Assembly: GCA_043228905.1 (NCBI GenBank)
Contig: JBHGNT010000038.1
Span: 200,196 to 264,195 of the forward strand
DNA from: Azolla caroliniana
Lineage: Eukaryota; Plantae; Polypodiophyta
DNA length: 64,000 bases
Direction of reading: 5' to 3'
Below are positions 16,101-29,100 of the stretch, one piece after another. How positions within the stretch are numbered: position 1 is the first letter of the stretch; the number at the start of each line of letters is the position of its first letter. The notes under the pieces were generated by a model. It saw nothing but the letters and a program-made list of their open reading frames with translations. It had not been told where the DNA came from and made no database searches. The position numbers were made by a program, and so were the translations under genes.

Positions 16101-18800
16101 TTGTGTTCAAACATGGAAATCGAAGCTAACAACGCTAGCTATGATATGGAATTAAAAAATCAATATTTTGAAAATCAGGTCGAGAGGCATGACGAAATTA
16201 GCAAATTTGAGGAGTGAGTTGAGAGGAGCCCTTGAGTAAATTAAAATGTTCATACCTAGTGAGCGTGATATCGGATTTTTGTGTTCAAACATGCGAATCG
16301 AAGCTAACAACGCAAGCTATGATATGGAATTAAAAAATCAAGATTTTGAAACTCAGGTCGAGAGACATGACGAAATTAGCAACCTTGACGAGGGAGTTGA
16401 GAGGAGCCCTTAAGTAAATAAAAATGTTCATACCTAGCTCGTGTGATATCGGATTTTTGTGTTCAAACATGCGAATCGAAGCTAACAACGCTAGCTGTGA
16501 TTTGGAATTAAAAAATCAAGATTTTGCAACTCAAGTCGAGAGACATGACGAAATTAGCAAATTTGAGGAGTGACTTGAGAGGAGCCCTTGAGTAAATTAA
16601 AATGTTCATACCTAGCGAGTGTGATATCGGATTTTTGTGTACAAACATGCGAATCGAAGCTAACAACGCTAGCTATGATATGGAATTAAAAAATCAAGAT
16701 TTTGAAACTCAGGTCGAGAGACATGACGAAATTTCCAAATTTCACGAGGGAGTTGACAAGAGCTAGTAGGTAAATTATAATGTTCATACCTGGTTCGTGT
16801 GATATCGGATTTTTGTGTTCAAACATGCGAATCGAAGCTAACAACGCTAGCTATGATATGGAATTACAAAATCAAGATTTTGAAACTCAGGTCGAGAGAC
16901 ATGACGAAATTACCAAATTTGAGGAGGGGGTTGAGAGGGGCCCTTGAGTAAATTAAAATGTTCATACCTAGCGAGTGTGATATCGGATTTTTGTGTTCAA
17001 ACATGCGAATCGAAGCTAACAACGCTAGCTGTGATTTGGAATTAAAAAATCAAGATTTTGATACTCAGGTCGAGAGACATGACGAAATTAGCAAATTTGA
17101 GGAGTGAGTTGAGAGGAGCCCTTGAGTAAATTAAAATGGTCATACCTAGCGAGTGTGATATCGGATTTTTGTGTTCAAACATGCGAATCGAAGCTAACAA
17201 CGCTAGCTGTGATTTGGAATTAAAAAATCAAGATTTTGATACTCAGGTCGAGAGACATGACGAAATTAGCAAATTTGAGGAGTGAGTTGAGAGGAGCCCT
17301 TGAGTAAATTAAAATGGTCATACCTAGCGAGTGTGATATCGGATTTTTGTGTACAAACATGCGAATCGAAGCTAACAACGCTAGCTATGATATGGAATTA
17401 AAAAATCAAGATTTTGAAACTCAGGTCGAGAGACATGACGAAATTTCCAAATTTCAGGAGGGAGTTGACAAGAGCTAGTAGGTAAATTAAAATGTTCATA
17501 CCTGGTTCGTGTGATATCGGATTTTTGTGTACAAACATGCGAATCGAAGCTAACAACGCTAGCTATGATATGGAATTAAAAAATCAAGATTTTGAAACTC
17601 AGGTCGAGAGACATGACGAAATTACCAAATTTCAGGAGGGAGTTGAGAGGAGCCCTTGAGTAAATTAAAATGTTCATACCTAGCGAGTGTGATATCGCAC
17701 TTTTGTGTACAAACATGCGAATCGAAGCTAACAACGCTAGCTATGATATGGAATTAAAAAATCAAGAGTTTGAAACTCAGGTCGAGAGACATGACGAAAT
17801 TTCCAAATTTCAGGAGGGAGTTGAGAAGAGCTAGTAGGTAAATTATAATGTTCATACCTGGTTCGTGTGATATCGGATTTTTGTGTTCAAACATTCGAAT
17901 CGAAGCTAACAACGCTAGCTATGATATGGAATTACAAAATCAAGATTTTGAAACTCCAGTCGAGAGACATGATGAAATTTCCAAATTTGAGGAGTGACGT
18001 TGGAAGAGCGCGTGAGTGAATTAAAATGTTCATACCTGGCTCGTGTGATATCGGATTTTTGTGTTCAAACATGCGAATCGAAGCTAACAACGCTAGCTAT
18101 GATATGGAATTAAGAAATCAAGATTTTGACACTCAGGTCGAGAGACATGACGAAATTAGCAAATTTGAGGAGTGAGTTGAGAGGAGCCCTTGAGTAAATT
18201 AAAATGGTCATACCTAGCGAGTGTGATATCGGATTTTTGTGTACAAACATGCGAATCGAAGCTAACAACGCTAGCTATGATATGGAATTAAAAAATCAAG
18301 ATTTTGAAACTCAGGTCGAGAGACATGACGACATTTCCAAATTTCAGGAGGGAGTTGAGAAGAGCTAGTAGGTAAATTATAATGTTCATACCTGGTTCGT
18401 GTGATATTGGATTTTTGTGTTCAAACATTCGAATCGAAGCTAACAACGCTAGCTATGATATGGAATTACAAAATCAAGATTTTGAAACTCCAGTCGAGAG
18501 ACATGATGAAATTGCCAAATTTGACGAGTGACGTTGGAAGAGCGCGTGAGTGAATTAAAATGTTCATACCTGGCTCGTGTGATATCGGATTTTTGTGTTC
18601 AAACATGGAAATCGAAGCTAACAACGCTAGCTATGATATGGAATTAAAAAATCAATATTTTGAAAATCAGGTCGAGAGGCATGACGAAATTAGCAAATTT
18701 GAGGAGTGAGTTGAGAGGAGCCCTTGAGTAAATTAAAATGTTCATACCTAGTGAGCGTGATATCGGATTTTTGTGTTCAAACATGCGAATCGAAGCTAAC
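13200..18800 (+). repeat. 14-mer HOR (2492 bp), a little over 2 copies
   Basis: Marker GACATTTCC at 13346, 15838 and 18330 (spacing 2492 = 14x178). Other private variants (AACCTTGACG, GATATCGCAC, TTTGATACTC) recur with it. Boundaries approximate. Confidence 0.85.
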
Positions 18801-20479
18801 AACGCTAGCTATGATATGGAATTAAAAAATCAAGATTTTGAAACTAAGGTTGAGAGACATGACGAAATTAGCAAATTTGAGGAGTGACGTTGGAAGAGCG
18901 CGTGAGTGAATTAAAATGTTCATACCTGGCTCGTGTGATATCGGATTTTTGTGTTCAAACATGCTAATCGAAGCTAACAACGCTAGCTATGATATGGAAT
19001 TAAAAAATCAAGATTTTGAAACTCAGGTCCAGATACATGACGAAATTAGCAAATTTGAGGAGTGAGTTGAGAGGAGCCCTTGAGTAAATTAAAATGTTCA
19101 TACATAGCGAGTGTGATATCGGATTTTTGTGTGCAAACATGCGAATCGAAGCTAACAACGCTAGCTATGATATGGAATTAAAAAATCAAGATTTTGAAAC
19201 TCAGGTCGAGAGACATGACGAAATTACCAAATTTGAGGAGGGGGTTGAGAGGGGCCCTTGAGTAAATTAAAATGTTCATACCTAGCTCGTGTGATATCGG
19301 ATTTTTGTGTTCAAACATGCGAATCGAAGCTAACAACGCTAGCTATGATATGGAATAAAAAAAACAAGATTTTGAAACTCAGGTCGAGAGACATGACGAA
19401 ATTACCAAATTTGAGGAGTGAGTTGAGAGGAGCCCTTGAGTAAATTAAAATGGTCATACCTAGCTAGTGTGATATCGGATTTTTGTGTTCAAACATGCGA
19501 ATCGAAGCTAACAACGTTAGCTATGATATGGAATTCAAAAATCAAGATTTTGAAACTCAGGTCGAGAGACAGGACGAAATTTCCAAATTTCAGGAGGGAG
19601 TTGAGAAGAGCTAGTAGGTAAATTATAATGTTCATACCTAGCTCGTGTTATATCGGATTTTTGTGTTCAAACATGCGAATCGAAGCTAACAACGCTAGCA
19701 ATGATATGGAATTAAAAAATCAAGATTTTGAAACTCAGGTCGAGAGACATGACGAAATTACCAAATTTGAGGAGGGAGTTGAGAAGAGCTAGTAGGTAAA
19801 TTATAATGTTCATACCTGGCTCGTGTGATATCGGTTTTTTGTGTTCAAACATGCAAATCGAAGCTAACAACGCTAGCTATGATATAGAATTAAAAAATAA
19901 AGATTTTGAAACTCAGGTCGAGAGACATGACGAAATTACCAAATTTGAGGAGTGAGTTGAGAGGAGCCCTTGAGTAAATTAAAATGGTCATACCTAGCGA
20001 GTGTGATATCGGATTTTTGTGTACAAACATGCGAATCGAAGCTAACAAGGCTAGCTATGATATGGAATTACAAAATCAAGATTTTGAAACTCAGGTCGAG
20101 AGATATGACGAAATTAGCAAATTTGAGGAGTGAGTTGAGAGGAGCCCTTGAGTAAATTAAAATGGTCATACCTAGCGAGTGTGATATCGGATTTTTGTGT
20201 TCAAACATGCGAATCTAAGCTAAATACGCTAGCTATGATATGGAATTAAAAAATCAAGATTTTGAATCTCAGGTCGAGAGACATGACGAAATTACCAAAT
20301 TTGAGGAGCGAGTTAAGAAGAGCTATTAGGTAAATTACAATGTTCATACCTGGCTCGTGTGATATCGGTTTTTTGTGTTCAAACATGCGAATCGAAGCTA
20401 ACAATGCTAGCTATGATATGGAATTAAGAAATCAAGATTTTGAAACTCAGGTCGAGAGACATGACGAAATTTCCAAATT

Positions 20480-22600
20480 TCAGGAGGGAGTTGAGAAGAG
20501 CTAGTAGGTAAATTAAAATGGTTATACCTAGCGAGTGTGATATCGGATTTTTGTGTTCAAACATGCGAATCGAAGCTAATAACGCTAGCTATGATATGGA
20601 ATTAAAAAATCAAGATTTTGCAACTCAAATCGAGAGACATAAAGAAATTACCAAATTAGAGGAGTGAGGTTGGAAGAGCGCGTGAGTGAATTAAAATGTT
20701 CATACCTGGCTCGTGTGATATCGGATTTTTGTGTTCAAACATGCGAATCGAAGCTAACAACGCTAGCAATGATATGGAATTAAAAAATCAAGATTTTGAA
20801 ACTCAGGTCGAGAGACATGACGAAATTAGCAAATTTGAGGAGTGAGTTGAGAGGAGCCCTTGAGTAAATTAAAATGGTCATACCTAGCGAGTGTGATATC
20901 AGATTTTTGTGTACAAACATGCGAATCGAAGCTAACAACGCTAGCTATGATATGGAATTAAAAAATCAAGATTTTGAAACCCAGGTCGAGAGACATGACG
21001 AAATTACCAAATTTGAGGAGGGAGTTGAGAGGAGCCCTTGAGTAAATTAAAATGGTCATACCTAGCGAGTGTGATATCGGATTTTTGCGTACAAACATGT
21101 GAATCGAAGCTAACAACGCTAGCTATGATATGGAATTGAAAAATCAAGATTTTGAAACTCAGGTGGAGAGACATGACGAAATTAGCAAATTTGAGGAGTG
21201 AGTTGAGAGGAGCCCTTGAGTAAATTAAAATGTTCATACCTAGCGAGTGTGATATCGCACTTTTGTGTTCAAACATTGGAATCGAAGCTAACAACGCTAG
21301 GTATGATATAGAATTAAAAAATCAAGATTTTGAAACTCAGGTCGAGAGACATGACGAAATTAGCAAATTTGAGGAGTGAGTTGAGAGGAGCCCTTGAGTA
21401 AATTAAAATGTTCATACATAGCGAGTGTGATATCGGATTTTTGTGTACAAACATGCGAATCGAAGCTAACAACGCTAGCTATGATATGGAATTAAAAAAT
21501 CAAGATTTTGAAACTCAGGTCGAGAGACATGACGAAATTTCCAAATTTCAGGAGGGAGTTGAGAAGAGCTAGTAGGTAAATTAAAATGGTTATACCTAGC
21601 GAGTGTGATATCGGATTTTTGTGTTCAAACATGCGAATCGAAGCTAATAACGCTAGCTATGATATGGAATTAAAAAATCAAGATTTTGCAACTCAAGTCG
21701 AGAGACATAAAGAAATTACCAAATTTGAGGAGTGAGGTTGGAAGAGCGCGTGAGTGAATTAAAATGTTCATACCTGGCTCGTGTGATATCGGATTTTTGT
21801 GTTCAAACATGCGAATCGAAGCTAACAACGCTAGCAATGATATGGAATTAAAAAATCAAGATTTTGAAACTCAGGTCGAGAGACATGACGAAATTAGCAA
21901 ATTTGAGGAGTGAGTTGAGAGGAGCCCTTGAGTAAATTAAAATGGTCATACCTAGCGAGTGTGATATCGGATTTTTGTGTACAAACATGCGAATCGAAGC
22001 TAACAACGCTAGCTATGATATGGAATTAAAAAATCAAGATTTTGAAACCCAGGTCGAGAGACATGACGAAATTACCAAATTTGAGGAGGGAGTTGAGAGG
22101 AGCCCTTGAGTAAATTAAAATGGTCATACCTAGCGAGTGTGATATCGGATTTTTGCGTACAAACATGTGAATCGAAGCTAACAACGCTAGCTATGATATG
22201 GAATTGAAAAATCAAGATTTTGAAACTCAGGTGGAGAGACATGACGAAATTAGCAAATTTGAGGAGTGAGTTGAGAGGAGCCCTTGAGTAAATTAAAATG
22301 TTCATACCTAGCGAGTGTGATATCGCACTTTTGTGTTCAAACATTGGAATCGAAGCTAACAACGCTAGGTATGATATAGAATTAAAAAATCAAGATTTTG
22401 AAACTCAGGTCGAGAGACATGACGAAATTAGCAAATTTGAGGAGTGAGTTAAGAGGAGCCCTTGAGTAAATTAAAATGTTCATACATAGCGAGTGTGATA
22501 TCGGATTTTTGTGTACAAACATGCGAATCGAAGCTAACAACGCTAGCTATGATATGGAATTAAAAAATCAAGATTTTGAAACTCAGGTCGGGAGACATAA
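20480..22600 (+). repeat. 6-mer HOR (1068 bp), 2 copies
   Basis: Identical antisense ORFs at 21004 and 22072 (1068 = 6x178). Private variants GGTTATACC, GCTAATAAC and TTTGCGTAC each occur twice. Confidence 0.85.
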
Positions 22601-23899
22601 CGAAATTTCCAAATTTCAGGAGGGAGTTGAGAAGAGCTAGTAGGTAAATTATAATGTTCATAACTGGTTCGTGTGATATCGGATTTTTGTGTTCAAACAT
22701 TCGAATCGAAGCTAACAACGCTAGCTATGATATGGAATTACAAAATCAAGATTTTGAAACTCCAGTCGAGAGACATGATAAAATTACCAAATTTGAGGAG
22801 TGACGTTGGAAGAGCGCGTGAGTGAATTAAAATGTTCATACCTGGCTCGTGTGATATCGGATTTTTGTGTTCAAACATGCGAATCGAAGCTAAAAACGCT
22901 AGCTATGATATGGAATTAAAAAATCAAGATTTTGCAACTCAAGTCGAGAGACATGAAGAAATTACCAAATTTGAGGAGTGAGGTTGGAAGAGCGCGTGAG
23001 TGAATTAAAATGTTCATACCTGGCTCGTGTGATATCGGATTTTTGTGTTCAAACATGCTAATCGAAGCTAACAACGCTAGCTATGATATGGAATTAAAAA
23101 ATCAAGATTTTGAAACTCAGGTCCAGATACATGACGAAATTAGCAAATTTGAGGAGTGAGTTGAGAGGAGCCCTTGAGTAAATTAAAATGGTCATACCTA
23201 GCGAGTGTGATATCGGATTTTTGTGTACAAACATGCGAATCGAAGCTAACAACGCTAGCTATGATATGGAATTAAAAAATCAAGATTTTGAAACCCAGGT
23301 CGAGAGACATGACGAAATTACCAAATTTGAGGAGGGAGTTGAGAGGAGCCCTTGAGTAAATTAAAATGGTCATACCTAGCGAGTGTGATATCGCACTTTT
23401 GTGTACAAACATGTGAATCGAAGCTAACAACGCTAGCTATGATATGGAATTGAAAAATCAAGATTTTGAAACTCAGGTGGAGAGACATGACGAAATTAGC
23501 AAATTTGAGGAGTGAGTTGAGAGGAGCCCTTGAGTAAATTAAAATGTTCATACCTAGCGAGTGTGATATCGCACTTTTGTGTTCAAACATTGGAATCGAA
23601 GCTAACAACGCTAGGTATGATATAGAATTAAAAAATCAAGATTTTGAAACTCAGGTCGAGAGACATGACGAAATTAGCAAATTTGAGGAGGGAGTTGAGA
23701 GGAGCCCTTGAGTAAATTAAAATGTTCATACATAGCGAGTGTGATATCGGATTTTTGTGTACAAACATGCGAATCGAAGCTAACAACGCTAGCTATGATA
23801 TGGAATTAAAAAATCAAGATTTTGAAACACAGGTCGAGAGACATGACGAAATTTCCAAATTTCAGGAGGGCGTTGAGAAGAGCTAGTAGGTAAATTATA

Positions 23900-26150
23900 A
23901 TGTTCATAACTGGTTCGTGTGATATCGGATTTTTGTGTTCAAACATTCGAATCGAAGTTAACAACGCTAGCTATGATATGGAATTACAAAATCAAGATTT
24001 TGAAACTCCAGTCGAGAGACATGATAAAATTACCAAATTTGAGGAGTGACGTTGGAAGAGCGCGTGAGTGAATTAAAATGTTCATACCTGGCTCGTGTGA
24101 TATCGGATTTTTGTGTTCAAACATGCGAATCGAAGCTAACAACGCTAGCTATCATATGGAATTAAGAAATCAAGATTTTGACACTCAGGTCAAGAGACAT
24201 GACGAAATTAGCAAATTTGAGGAGTGAGTTGAGAGGAGCCCTTGAGTAAATTAAAATGGTCATACCTAGCGAGTGTGATATCGGATTTTTGTGTACAAAC
24301 ATGCGAATCGAAGCTAACAACGCTAGCTATGATATGGAATTAAAAAATCAAGATTTTGAAACTCAGGTCGAGAGACATGACGACATTTCCAAATTTCAGG
24401 AGGGAGTAGAGAAGAGCTTGTAGGTAAATTATAATGTTCATACCTGGTTCGTGTGATATTGGATTTTTGTGTTCAAACATTCGAATCGAAGCTAACAACG
24501 CTAGCTATGATATGGAATTACAAAATCAAGATTTTGAAACTCCAGTCGAGAGACATGATAAAATTACCAAATTTGAGGAGTGACGTTGGAAGAGCGCGTG
24601 AGTGAATTAAAATGTTCATACCTGGCTCGTGTGATATCGGATTTTTGTGTTCAAACATGCGAATCGAAGCTAACAACGCTAGCTATCATATGGAATTAAG
24701 AAATCAAGATTTTGACACTCAGGTCAAGAGACATGACGAAATTAGCAAATTTGAGGAGTGAGTTGAGAGGAGCCCTTGAGTAAATTAAAATGGTCATACC
24801 TAGCGAGTGTGATATCGGATTTTTGTGTACAAACATGCGAATCGAAGCTAACAACGCTAGCTATGATATGGAATTAAAAAATCAAGATTTTGAAACTCAG
24901 GTCGAGAGACATGACGACATTTCCAAATTTCAGGAGGGAGTAGAGAAGAGCTAGTAGGTAAATTATAATGTTCATACCTGGTTCGTGTGATATTGGATTT
25001 TTGTGTTCAAACATTCGAATCGAAGCTAACAACGCTAGCTATGATATGGAATTACAAAATCAAGATTTTGAAACTCCAGTCGAGAGACATGATAAAATTA
25101 CCAAATTTGAGGAGTGACGTTGGAAGAGCGCGTGAGTGAATTAAAATGTTCATACCTGGCTCGTGTGATATCGGATTTTTGTGTTCAAACATGGGAATCG
25201 AAGCTAACAACGCTAGCTATCATATGGAATTAAGAAATCAAGATTTTGACACTCAGGTCAAGAGACATGACGAAATTAGCAAATTTGAGGAGTGAGTTGA
25301 GAGGAGCCCTTGAGTAAATTAAAATGGTCATACCTAGCGAGTGTGATATCGGATTTTTCTGTACAAACATGCGAATCGAAGCTAACAACGCTAGCTATGA
25401 TATGGAATTAAAAAATCAAGATTTTGAAACTCAGGTCGAGAGACATGACGACATTTCCAAATTTCAGGAGGGAGTAGAGAAGAGCTAGTAGGTAAATTAT
25501 AATGTTCATACCTGGTTCGTGTGATATTGGATTTTTGTGTTCAAACATTCGAATCGAAGCTAAGAACGCTAGCTATGATATGGAATTACAAAATCAAGAT
25601 TTTGAAACTCCAGTCGAGAGACATGATAAAATTACCAAATTTGAGGAGTGACGTTGGAAGAGCGCGTGAGTGAATTAAAATGTTCATACCTGGCTCGTGT
25701 GATATCGGATTTTTGTGTTCAAACATGCGAATCGAAGCTAACAACGCTAGCTATCATATGGAATTAAGAAATCAAGATTTTGACACTCAGGTCGAGAGAC
25801 ATGACGAAATTAGCAAATTTGAGGAGTGAGTTGAGAGGATCCCTTGAGTAAATTAAAATGGTCATACCTAGCGAGTGTGATATCGGATTTTTGTGTACAA
25901 ACATGCGAATCGAAGCTAACAACGCTAGCTATGATATGGAATTAAAAAATCAAGATTTTGAAACTCAGGTCGAGAGACATGACGACATTTCCAAATTTCA
26001 GGAGGGAGTAGAGAAGAGCTAGTAGGTAAATTATAATGTTCATACCTGGTTCGTGTGATATTGGATTTTTGTGTTCAAACATTCGAATCGAAGCTAACAA
26101 CGCTAGCTATGATATGGAATTACAAAATCAAGATTTTGAAACTCCAGTGG
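23900..26150 (+). repeat. Trimer HOR (534 bp) x4; the whole block recurs near 29.1-31.3, 44.2-46.4 and 50.3-52.5 kb
   Basis: Marker CTATCATATGG at 24149, 24683, 25217, 25751 (period 534 = 3x178). The last trimer of each block carries a private GGATCC at 25837, 30999, 46125 and 52173. Confidence 0.88.
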
Positions 26151-29100
26151 AGAGACTTGATGAAATTGCCAAATTTGACGAGTGACGTTGGAAGAGCGCG
26201 TGAGTGAATTAAAATGTTCATACCTGGCTCGTGTGATATCGGATTTTTGTGTTCAAACATGGAAATCGAAGCTAACAACGCTAGCTATGATATGGAATTA
26301 AAAAATCAATATTTTGAAAATCAGGTCGAGAGGCATGACGAAATTAGCAAATTTGAGGAGTGAGTTGAGAGGAGCCCTTGAGTAAATTAAAATGTTCATA
26401 CCTAGTGAGCGTGATATCGGATTTTTGTGTTCAAACATGCGAATCGAAGCTAACAACGCTAGCTATGATATGGAATTAAAAAATCAAGATTTTGAAACTC
26501 AGGTCGAGAGACATGACGAAATTAACAACCTTGACGAGGGAGTTGAGAGGAGCCCTTAAGTAAATAAAAATGTTCATACCTAGCTCGTGTGATATCGGAT
26601 TTCTGTGTTCAAACATGCGAATCGAAGCTAACAACGCTAGCTGTGATTTGGAATTAAAAAATCAAGATTTTGACACTCAGGTCGAGAGACATGACGAAAT
26701 TAGCAAATTTGAGGAGTGAGTTGAGAGGAGCCCTTGAGTAAATTAAAATGGTCATACCTAGCGAGTGTGATATCGGATTTTTGTGTACAAACATGCGAAT
26801 CGAAGCTAACAACGGTAGCTATGATATGGAATTAAAAAAGCAAGATTTTGAAACTCAGGTCGAGATACATGACGAAATTTCCAAATTTCAGGAGGGAGTT
26901 GACAAGAGCTAGTAGGTAAATTATAATGTTCATACCTGGTTCGTGTGATATTGGATTTTTGTGTTCAAACATTCGAATCGAAGCTAACAACGCTAGCTAT
27001 GATATGGAATTACAAAATCAAGATTTTGAAACTCCAGTCGAGAGACATGATGAAATTGCCAAATTTGACGAGTGACGTTGGAAGAGCGCGTGAGTGAATT
27101 AAAATGTTCATACCTGGCTCGTGTGATATCGGATTTTTGTGTTCAAACATGGAAATCGAAGCTAACAACGCTAGCTATGATATGGAATTAAAAAATCAAT
27201 ATTTTGAAAATCAGGTCGAGAGGCATGACGAAATTAGCAAATTTGAGGAGTGAGTTGAGAGGAGCCCTTGAGTAAATTAAAATGTTCATACCTAGTGAGC
27301 GTGATATCGGATTTTTGTGTTCAAACATGCGAATCGAAGCTAACAACGCTAGCTATGATATGGAATTAAAAAATCAAGATTTTGAAACTCAGGTCGAGAG
27401 ACATGACGAAATTAGCAACCTTGACGAGGGAGTTGAGAGGAGCCCTTAAGTAAATAAAAATGTTCATACCTAGCTCGTGTGATATCGGATTTTTGTGTTC
27501 AAACATGCGAATCGAAGCTAACAACGCTAGCTGTGATTTGGAATTAAAAAATCAAGATTTTGAAACTCAGGTCGAGAGACATGACGAAATTAGCAAATTT
27601 GAGGAGTGAGTTGAGAGGAGCCCTTGAGTAAATTAAAATGGTCATACCTAGCGAGTGTGATATCGGATTTTTGTGTACAAACATGCGAATCGAAGCTAAC
27701 AACGCTAGCTATGATATGGAATTAAAAAATCAAGATTTTGAAACTCAGGTCGAGATACATGACGAAATTTCCAAATTTCAGGAGGGAGTTGACAAGAGCT
27801 AGTAGGTAAATTATAATGTTCATACCTGGTTCGTGTGATATTGGATTTTTGTGTTCAAACATTCGAATCGAAGCTAACAACGCTAGCTATGATATGGAAT
27901 TACAAAATCAAGATTTTGAAACTCCAGTCGAGAGACATGATAAAATTACCAAATTTGAGGAGTGACGTTGGAAGAGCGCGTGAGTGAATTAAAATGTTCA
28001 TACCTGGCTCGTGTGATATCGGATTTTTGTGTTCAAACATGCGAATCGAAGCTAAAAACGCTAGCTATGATATGGAATTAAAAAATCAAGATTTTGCAAC
28101 TCAAGTCGAGAGACATGAAGAAATTACCAAATTTGAGGAGTGAGGTTGGAAGAGCGCGTGAGTGAATTAAAATGTTCATACCTGGCTCGTGTGATATCGG
28201 ATTTTTGTGTTCAAACATGCTAATCGAAGCTAACAACGCTAGCTATGATATGGAATTAAAAAATCAAGATTTTGAAACTCAGGTCCAGATACATGACGAA
28301 ATTAGCAAATTTGAGGAGTGAGTTGAGAGGAGCCCTTGAGTAAATTAAAATGGTCATACCTAGCGAGTGTGATATCGGATTTTTGTGTACAAACATGCGA
28401 ATCGAAGCTAACAACGCTAGCTATGATATGGAATTAAAAAATCAAGATTTTGAAACCCAGGTCGAGAGACATGACGAAATTACCAAATTTGAGGAGGGAG
28501 TTGAGAGGAGCCCTTGAGTAAATTAAAATGGTCATACCTAGCGAGTGTGATATCGCACTTTTGTGTACAAACATGTGAATCGAAGCTAACAACGCTAGCT
28601 ATGATATGGAATTGAAAAATCAAGATTTTGAAACTCAGGTGGAGAGACATGACGAAATTAGCAAATTTGAGGAGTGAGTTGAGAGGAGCCCTTGAGTAAA
28701 TTAAAATGTTCATACCTAGCGAGTGTGATATCGCACTTTTGTGTTCAAACATTGGAATCGAAGCTAACAACGCTAGGTATGATATAGAATTAAAAAATCA
28801 AGATTTTGAAACTCAGGTCGAGAGACATGACGAAATTAGCAAATTTGAGGAGGGAGTTGAGAGGAGCCCTTGAGTAAATTAAAATGTTCATACATAGCGA
28901 GTGTGATATCGGATTTTTGTGTACAAACATGCGAATCGAAGCTAACAACGCTAGCTATGATATGGAATTAAAAAATCAAGATTTTGAAACTCAGGTCGAG
29001 AGACATGACGAAATTTCCAAATTTCAGGAGGGAGTTGAGAAGAGCTAGTAGGTAAATTATAATGTTCATAACTGGTTCGTGTGATATCGGATTTTTGTGT

